Both the position numbers and the translations under genes were made by a program. A model generated the notes under the pieces. That model did not search any database. It saw nothing but the letters and a program-made list of their open reading frames with translations, and had not been told where the DNA came from. A stretch of 45,903 bases of DNA from the NCBI GenBank assembly GCA_023659985.1, contig JAGXOH010000002.1, positions 1 through 45,903 on the forward strand, in the 5' to 3' direction. The stretch is from Candidatus Falkowbacteria bacterium LH_S3. Its GTDB lineage: Bacteria > Patescibacteriota > Patescibacteriia > Patescibacteriales > JAGXOH01. The stretch's first letter is position 1. The number at the start of each line of letters is the position of its first letter. Positions 38,608 through 45,903 of the stretch are shown piece by piece.

Positions 38608-38694
38608 GCCCAGGTGGCGGAATTGGTATACGCGCATGGTTTAGGACCATGTGCCTTTATAGGCTTGGGAGTTCAAATCTCCCCTCGCCCACCA
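38608..38694 (+). tRNA. tRNA-Leu(TAG) with mismatched acceptor stem
   Basis: CATGG-TT-TAG-GA-CCATG and GGGAG-TTCAAAT-CTCCC arms are intact. 5' GCCCAGG versus 3' CTCGCCC-A-CCA gives 3 mispairs. Confidence 0.8.
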
Positions 38695-38777
38695 AAATAA
38701 TTAAGCGAAGTTTATTAAATCAGAGCTTTGCTTAATTGCTGAAGATTAAAGTTGAAAGCTAAAAGAATACCTAAATT

Positions 38778-40367
38778 ATGCAGACACAAAAACAATTAGT
38801 TACAATCAAAGAAGCAAGTCGGTGGGCTACTGATCATCTTAACAGAGACGTGAGTGAGTCCAATATTTCGTACTTGATTCAATATGGAAATGTCAGAAAG
38901 TATAATAGTGACAGTTCAACCTTAGTAAATCTTGACGATTTGCAAAAATACTACCAACCCTATCATAGCAAAAGAGAAATAAGTTGGAAAAAACGCCTTG
39001 GAGATGATTTGAATTGGGCTTTATCCTTTGATCATCTTCGAGAAAAAGATACAACAAAACATGTTCATCGCCTTCATCCATACAAAGGGAAATTCATTCC
39101 TCAGCTTGTTCAATATTTTATTGATGATCACACTGATAATTTTAAAAAAAATACATATTTCAAACAAGGAGATATTATCCTTGATCCATTCTCTGGTTCT
39201 GGGACCACTTTAGTTCAAGCAAGTGAAATGGGTATTCATTCAATTGGAATTGATATTTCACAATTCAATTGTATGATTACTGATGCTAAGCTACACAAAT
39301 ATGATTTTGACTCATTAAATCAAGAGATAAAGTGTGTCAAAAAAGCGCTTGCAGATTTTGAATATGATAGCAATGTTTCTACTTTTGAATCAGAGCTTCT
39401 GCAAAAAATGAATAAGTTTAATTATGAGTATTTTCCAAGCCCAGATTTTAAGTATCAAATACAACAAGGAAAGATTGATGAAAATAGTTATTCCAAAAAT
39501 AAAGAAAAAGAATTTTTAAAAATTTATAATAGTTTGGTAAAAAAATATGAGATTGAGCTGAATCATAGAGTCAGCGAGTCGTTCCTAGATGAGTGGTATA
39601 TAAAAAATGTTAGAAAAGAAATTAATTTTACATTTGATTTAATAAAACAAATTAAAGATATCAAGAATAAAAAAGTTCTTGCTGTAATTTTAAGTCGAAC
39701 TATTAGATCTTGTCGGGCCACTACCCATTCTGATCTTGCAACTCTAAAAGAACCCCAACTTACCACTTATTATTGTTTTAAGCATAAGAAAATTTGTAAG
39801 CCACTTTTTTCTATCAAATACTGGTTTGAAAGATACGCAAATGATACGCTAAAACGTCTTAGAGATTTCGAGCGTTTAAGAACACAAGCGCATTTTTCTG
39901 TTTTGTCAACAGATTCTCGCGCAGTAGATATTTTTACAGAAATAAAGAAACGAAATAAAAAATTGTATGAACAATTAAAGAAGCAGAAAATCCGCGGCAT
40001 CTTCACTTCGCCTCCGTATGTAGGACAAATTGATTATCACGAACAACATGCTTACGCCTATGATCTTTTCGGTTTTGATCGTCAAGATAATTTAGAGATT
40101 GGCCCTTTGTATAAAGGACAAGGCAAAGAGGCTCGCAATTCGTATGTTAAGGGAGTTTCAGATGTTTTACTCAATTGCAAAAAATATTTAACGGATAATT
40201 TTGATATATTTCTTGTTGCAAATGATAAATACAATCTTTATCCGATTATAGCAGAGCGATCGGGTATGCAGATTGTTAATAAATTTAAACGGCCAGTTCT
40301 AAATAGAACCGAACGAGATAGGTTGCCCTATTCGGAAATAATTTTTCACATAAAAAATACAAAATAA
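38778..40367 (+). CDS. Type II amino-DNA methyltransferase (probably N4-cytosine)
   Basis: HPYKGKF, ILDPFSGSGTT, FTSPPY, and an HTH-like N-terminal extension. Confidence 0.9.
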   Translation: MQTQKQLVTIKEASRWATDHLNRDVSESNISYLIQYGNVRKYNSDSSTLVNLDDLQKYYQPYHSKREISWKKRLGDDLNWALSFDHLREKDTTKHVHRLHPYKGKFIPQLVQYFIDDHTDNFKKNTYFKQGDIILDPFSGSGTTLVQASEMGIHSIGIDISQFNCMITDAKLHKYDFDSLNQEIKCVKKALADFEYDSNVSTFESELLQKMNKFNYEYFPSPDFKYQIQQGKIDENSYSKNKEKEFLKIYNSLVKKYEIELNHRVSESFLDEWYIKNVRKEINFTFDLIKQIKDIKNKKVLAVILSRTIRSCRATTHSDLATLKEPQLTTYYCFKHKKICKPLFSIKYWFERYANDTLKRLRDFERLRTQAHFSVLSTDSRAVDIFTEIKKRNKKLYEQLKKQKIRGIFTSPPYVGQIDYHEQHAYAYDLFGFDRQDNLEIGPLYKGQGKEARNSYVKGVSDVLLNCKKYLTDNFDIFLVANDKYNLYPIIAERSGMQIVNKFKRPVLNRTERDRLPYSEIIFHIKNTK

Positions 40368-40368
40368 T

Positions 40369-41145
40369 ATGGCACTATCAAAACAGCAGAGTAAAGAAAT
40401 AAAGGAGTATCTCGTTGGAAAAATACGGTGGAAGTTAGATAATTATAATCCTGAAACAAACGCAATGCCTTTCCATTATCGCTTGCTTGGGAAAGATCGC
40501 ATAGCTTTGTTTTCTTTTATTCATTCTGTGAATACTACACTTGGGACTTCAATTTTTGAACAAGTTGGTGCAATGATAGCAAAGCCACATACAAAAAGAA
40601 CAATCGGACAATATAAAGAGTTTGAGGGATTTGTTAGTAGCGAGGTAGTACTTACGATAGACACAATCATGCGGGAATTGCGCGCGGCTTCTCGTAAGCC
40701 AAATAAGCCAAAAGAAACAGAGGAAGTACTTGCTGCGGTTAAAAAAGGAAATCAAGGAAAGAAAATGAAAAAGCGAGTGGATTTATTTGTGAAGATGAAA
40801 GACAACACTGAATACTATTTTGAATTGAAATCTGCCAAGCCGAATATCAATGAATTTACTGGAATTAAAAAACAAATGCTTGATTGGATAGCTATGCGCG
40901 GAAGCCAAAAACCAAACGCAAAAGTAAAAACTATTGTCGCTATTCCATACAATCCATATGAACCCCAGCCATACGAACGATGGACACTTCAAGGACTTTT
41001 TGATTTGAACGAGGAGGTATTAGTAGGTAAAGAATTTTGGGATTTGTTGGGTGGAAAAGATACTTATGAGGATTTATTAAAGGTGTTTGAGCAAGCAGGA
41101 TTAGAGCTTTATGACGAAATTGACCGAAAAAAAAAATTTGAATAA
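40369..41145 (+). CDS. Type II restriction endonuclease, TdeIII/MjaII-like
   Basis: MPFHYRLLGKDR.ALFSFIHS.NTTLGTSIFE, VDLF...FELKSAKPN, PYNPY. Adjacent to the MTase. Confidence 0.85.
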   Translation: MALSKQQSKEIKEYLVGKIRWKLDNYNPETNAMPFHYRLLGKDRIALFSFIHSVNTTLGTSIFEQVGAMIAKPHTKRTIGQYKEFEGFVSSEVVLTIDTIMRELRAASRKPNKPKETEEVLAAVKKGNQGKKMKKRVDLFVKMKDNTEYYFELKSAKPNINEFTGIKKQMLDWIAMRGSQKPNAKVKTIVAIPYNPYEPQPYERWTLQGLFDLNEEVLVGKEFWDLLGGKDTYEDLLKVFEQAGLELYDEIDRKKKFE

Positions 41146-41410
41146 CGGAAATTAGTATTTTGTTATGTATTTTTTATATGCTCTCACAAATAATTCAATT
41201 CGTCTTGATCTAAAATGAAAGTAGGGACTTTCCGACTTTTTAAGAATCTGTTAAAAATATATAGTAGAGATATAATAATACAATTAAAAAGGGGGAACCA
41301 AACTATTATACTTTATTATTGAGATTATGTTTGGATAATCCACGCAAATTTATTGAATATTTATCTAACAAAGGAATCCCATCAGATATAATTAGGTATA
41401 ATTGCAAGCC

Positions 41411-42470
41411 ATTAGACCTGTTGTTTAATAACAAAAATATTGTAAAATAATGATATAAAAAGTGTTTTTAAAAGTTAATTTTTAATTATTATGATGAATA
41501 TTAATAAAATATTAAAGAATAAACGTTTAACATTAGCCTTAACCGGGCTTACTCCACAAGAATTTTTAAATCTGTTATCACCCTTTGCTCAAACTTGGCA
41601 AGATTTAAAGCAAGAAGATTATCAAAAAAATAGAAAACAGAGGAAACGTAAACTAAGTGGAGGCAGAAAGGGCTCTTTAAGAGAGATGGAAGACAAATTA
41701 TTGTTTATTCTATTCTATTATAAATGTTATCCAACTTATGGAGTGCTAAGTTTTCTCTATGGTTTTGATAGAGCGAACGGGTTTAGAAGACAAGAGCAAA
41801 TAACCAAAGTATTGGAAAAAACTCCCCGCAGAAAGCTGTTTTACCTGAAAGGAAATTAGAGAAAGCTGAAGAATTCTTTGAGACGTTCCCCGAGATCAGA
41901 GAGGTATTTATAACTGAAAGACAGACTCAGAGACTCAGAGACTCAAGGACTCAAAACAACAAAGAGATAAATACTCTGGTAAAAAGAAACGACATACTGC
42001 AAAGAATATTGTCATATCAAACAAGAAAAAACAAATATTGTTTTTGAGTAAGACCGAAGGAGAAAGACAACATAGTTTTTCAATGTTAAAAGAACACGCT
42101 CCGCCTCTGGAAAATACCAATCACGATTGAGCAGCTTTAGACTTGGGTTTTAAGGGATATCGCGCTCAGTTTCCTAACCACAAAATATCAATACCAGAGA
42201 GAAAACCTAGAACCAAGGAACTTTGCAAGACTAAAACAGAGCAAAACAAGAGAAAATCAAGAACCAGAGTTTTGGTGGAACACGCTACCCCCGCTGTAAA
42301 AAGATTCAGAATCACAACAGATGTATTTCGTAACAAAGTGAATGGCTCAGATGACAAAGCAATGTCCATTTCCTGCAGACTTTGGAATTACCATCTCTTA
42401 ATGAGTTAAAAATTCCAAAATCTACAGGATAATTATGGAGTATAAAATATTATTAAGCAACTGGTCTAAT
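41411..42470 (+). mobile_element. IS5-family (ISL2-like) element with frameshifted transposase
   Basis: IR ATTAGACCTGTTGTTTAATAA / TTATTAAGCAACTGGTCTAAT with possible TA duplication. Fragments LTGLT..EF, YSGKKKRHT, DLGFKG, RVLVEH. Confidence 0.85.
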
Positions 42471-42893
42471 ATAAAATTGTTTCCTAACTTTAGAAAACTA
42501 ATTGAGAAGGTACTAAAATAAAGGATATAATATTTAGTTTAGATGCCTGAAAATTGATTCTCACAAAATTAGAAATTTTGCTCGGCACTTCCATGTTCAT
42601 CTAATAGCCATTTTACGGAAAATCTGCGGATTTTCTCAAATTCGCTTTCAGCAAACTTCGTAAAACGGCATATGTTACACGAAGTTGTCAGCCCTTGCAC
42701 AACCAATAATTTTATAAATATTTATTATTCAATACTGAATATGACTAACTGTACTTGATGAGTACATAGGTAACACTTTAATAGAATTATTGAACTTAAT
42801 CAGCGCTTTGTAGTTCAATGTCTGATGAGGTCTTCTAAAATTGTATTCAATCAACCATTTAGTTGTATAATTAAATAATATTTATGCTTATGT

Positions 42894-44336
42894 ATGCTTA
42901 TGTTACAGTTTTACAATACCCTAACCCGAAAAAAGGACTTTTTCCAACCCATCAACAAAAATATTATTAAAATATATTCATGTGGGCCTACTGTTTACAA
43001 TTATGCTCATATTGGAAATCTAAGTGCGTATTTATTCGCGGATTTGTTAAAGAGATACTTAAGATATTCAGGCTATAAATTAATTGACGTAATGAATTTA
43101 ACGGATGTTGATGATAAAACCATAAAAGCTTCCCAAGAAAATAATCAACCACTGAGACAATATACATCGTTTTTTAGTAATGCATTATTGGAGGATTTTG
43201 AAAAATTGAATATTATACGGCCTAAAGTTTTATGCAGAGCGACAGAGCACATTAGCGAAATGATTGAATTGATTCAAAAATTAATTAATAATGGGTATGC
43301 TTACAAGGCCGATGGCGGGTCTGTTTATTATAAAATATCTAGATTTAAAGATTACGGAAAATTTGCTCGACTCAAAAAAGATCAATTAAAAAATGATGTG
43401 AGTGGTAGAATTAATAACGATGAATATAAAAAAGAAGAGGCTACTGATTTTGTCTTGTGGAAAAAGTGGAGTAATAAAGACGGAGAAGTTTATTGGGATT
43501 CCCCGTTTGGCAAAGGACGGCCTGGTTGGCATATAGAATGTTCGGCAATGAGCATGAAATACTTAGATGAAACTTTCGATATTCACACCGGAGCGGTTGA
43601 TTTGATATTTCCTCATCATCAGAATGAAATCGCTCAAAGCGAGGCCGCGACAGGGAAACAATTCGTTCGTTTTTGGTTGCATAGAGGATTCCTAAAAATT
43701 AACAGTGAGAAAATGTCAAAAAGCTTGGGAAATATATATACCCTGAAAGATATTCAAAAAGAGATTTCTAACCCGTTGGCCTTTAGATATCTAGTTTTAA
43801 CAAGCCACTATCGACGCGGTTTAAATTGTACATTTAAATCCCTTAAAATGGCCTCTAACTCGTTGAATAGGTTACAGCATTTTATTAAGAGGATATCTGA
43901 GATAAATAGTGAAATCGGCAATGTTAATAGCAAGGAGGATATTAACAAAATCAAAGTATATGTAGAAAATTCTAAAAAAAATTTCAGAAATGCCATGAAC
44001 GATGATTTGAATACGCCAAAGGCCATGGCGGATCTTTTTGATTTTTTGAAAAAAATAAATAGACTAGTCGATGAGAATAAAGTTGGTATTAAGGGGGCAA
44101 AAATGATTTTAAATTTTTTGCAAGAAATTAATCAAGTTTGGGGATTTGTAAAATTCAGCGTGGAAAAAATTGACAAAGATTTTAAAAATAAGATAGAGGA
44201 TCTAATTAAAAAACGCAATGAGTATCGGCTCAAAAATGACTGGGCGAATGCCGATAGAATTAGAGAAAAATTAATAGAAATGAATGTAGTTATTAGAGAT
44301 AACAATGGTTCAACTAAATGGGAGATTAAAAAATAA
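42894..44336 (+). CDS. cysS: Cysteine--tRNA ligase
   Basis: CGPTVYNYAHIGN, DFVLWK, GRPGWHIECSAM, FPHHQNE, KMSKS, ADRIR. Confidence 0.96.
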   Translation: MLMLQFYNTLTRKKDFFQPINKNIIKIYSCGPTVYNYAHIGNLSAYLFADLLKRYLRYSGYKLIDVMNLTDVDDKTIKASQENNQPLRQYTSFFSNALLEDFEKLNIIRPKVLCRATEHISEMIELIQKLINNGYAYKADGGSVYYKISRFKDYGKFARLKKDQLKNDVSGRINNDEYKKEEATDFVLWKKWSNKDGEVYWDSPFGKGRPGWHIECSAMSMKYLDETFDIHTGAVDLIFPHHQNEIAQSEAATGKQFVRFWLHRGFLKINSEKMSKSLGNIYTLKDIQKEISNPLAFRYLVLTSHYRRGLNCTFKSLKMASNSLNRLQHFIKRISEINSEIGNVNSKEDINKIKVYVENSKKNFRNAMNDDLNTPKAMADLFDFLKKINRLVDENKVGIKGAKMILNFLQEINQVWGFVKFSVEKIDKDFKNKIEDLIKKRNEYRLKNDWANADRIREKLIEMNVVIRDNNGSTKWEIKK

Positions 44337-44342
44337 AAACAT

Positions 44343-45442
44343 ATGATTAAATACTGTATTCCAACAAGTTTTGATGATCAGTTAATGGATAAAATTGTTG
44401 AGCTCAATAATAAATCAAATAATAAAATTTACGAACTTTATGGTTCAACAAAAGAAAGTCTTACGGGTAGCGGCAGATCGTCTAAAATTTTACAAGATGT
44501 TAGTATGGAAGGATTGAAAAAACATATAAAGAAATGTCATCAGAATGATAATTAAATTTAATTTTCTATTAAATGGTGCCTGCATGGGCGGAGAGGAGTT
44601 TAATAAGACTTATTTAAAAACAATTATTAATTTCGTCAAATTTTTCGATGATTTGCGGATCGATACTATAACAATAAGCAACCCCTATATAATCTTTGTC
44701 TTAAAAAATAAATTCCCCAAAATAAACATATGTCTCTCAATTATAGCAGGAGCGGGGAATATGCAGGAAATAAAAGTCTATGAAAAAATGGGTGTGGATT
44801 GGGTAGTCCTTGACGCCAATATTTGAGATGTTAAACTATTGAAAGCAATAAGAAAGCAAACAGATATTAAATTAGAGGTCTTGGCGAATAACCCCTGTTT
44901 GTTCAAATGTCCATTTCGAAGGTATCACCCGAAAATAGATTCTCACATCTCAATTAAAGAAAAAGAAATTCCGATATTTCCGTCTGTTATTTGTAAAAAT
45001 ATCAAATTAAATAATTTTGAGGAAATTATAAAAAGTCCATGGATTAGACCGTCCGACGTAAGCCATTATTTGGGGTTGGGGGTTGAATACGTGAAATTGG
45101 GTGGACGGGGTAAAAATACCGAATGGATCGTTAATATGGTTGATCATTATATTAATGAAAGAGACGGTGCAACTTTTCACCAGTTTGTAGAAAAAAATAG
45201 TTGGGATTTTTTTCGATGAAAAAATGAAGAAGTTAGAAGTGTCTATTCCGTCTTTCCCAAAAAATTGCATTGAATTTTTTGAGAAAAAGAATTTTGATTG
45301 CGGTGTCCAATGTGAAAAATGTGGTTATTGCAGGAAGATGTCGCAGCAGTATGTTAAAGTCAACGATCAAAAAATTAAGGAAAAAATATTCAAGAAATAT
45401 CAATTCTGTTATAAAAAAGGTTTCAAACCCTATTTAATATGA
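44343..45442 (+). pseudogene. U32 peptidase-family (Fe-S) gene, disrupted
   Basis: Four consecutive fragments: ELYGS..GSGR; FNFLLNGAC; LANNPCLFKCP..WIRPSD..KLGGR; CGVQCEKCGYC. Frameshifts at ~44550 and ~45210 and an in-frame TGA at 44824. Confidence 0.8.
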
Positions 45443-45482
45443 ATTTTAAAGAGGCGATAATATTTTTAGATAATATATGCAA

Positions 45483-45903
45483 GTTTGAATCCAGAATCTA
45501 ACGCAACACTTTTAGCGTAAAGCGCTAATAAATGTTAAGTTAGATTCATATGAAAAATTACAAAAGATTAAATGATTTAGAGCGAGAGCATATAAGCCGG
45601 ATGCTCTCGCAAAAATGTTCTTTTCGCAATATAGCCAAAGCGATTGGCAGGAACGTAAGTACTATCAGCCGAGAAGTCAGGGCGGGTGGTTGCAACCAAT
45701 ATACCTATTGGGCCATCAAGGCGCAGAATCGAGCTAGAAGGAATTCAACCAAAAAAAAGTTGGTAAGCGTAAGCTGAATAATAATCCAAAATTGTGGGCA
45801 TATATCGTAAGGAAACTAAGAAAGAAATGGGCAGATTGCAGAAGAATTAAAAAAGGATTATCCTTTAGATATGACTATGCGCATTTCGCCTGAGGCGATA
45901 TAT
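45483..45903 (+). mobile_element. IS30-family element, frameshifted, truncated by window end
   Basis: IS30-like left end ..AACGCAACA (45500-45508), IAKAIGRNVSTISREV, and frameshifts near the A-run at ~45751 and at ~45830. Confidence 0.8.

Noticed and set aside
41923..41945. AGACTCAG x3 as a phase-variation switch
   Set aside because: It lies in an IS5 transposase that has other independent lesions, so it is more likely decay.
44824..44826. In-frame TGA as recoded Gly/Trp/Sec
   Set aside because: The same gene has two frameshifts, the position fits a mutated Arg codon, and rnpA appears to use TGA as a normal stop.

Overview
AT-rich bacterial chromosome segment. Gene content is typical of Patescibacteria/CPR, probably Parcubacteria (inference): hinge-less short SMC, comM, bactofilin, VirB2/TrbC-like pilin array, and 7-mer mosaic intergenic tracts. 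1-31.9 kb is mostly core genome (yraN, ABC transporter, comM, smc, cmk, rplS, tsaE, lspA, rpmH-rnpA-yidD-yidC, tRNAs). It also holds an intact IS1202-like element with a 16-bp target duplication, two arrays of 30-bp palindromes next to DnaA boxes, a candidate structured ncRNA, and six tandem pilins transcribed divergently from a GT-C/GT2 pair. 32-45.9 kb is accessory DNA anchored at tRNA-Ala(TGC) and tRNA-Leu(TAG). It contains relics of tandem integration, a type II R-M system behind a tRNA with a swapped acceptor strand, IS5/IS30 remnants, cysS and a broken U32 gene. The top candidate for a novel system is a 3.9-kb cassette bounded by 119-bp inverted repeats, carrying hypC, a single-chain (small+large fused) [NiFe]-hydrogenase with no cleavable tail, a DMT/EamA transporter and a DUF6390-like gene. 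All family assignments come from reading motifs, not from database searches.
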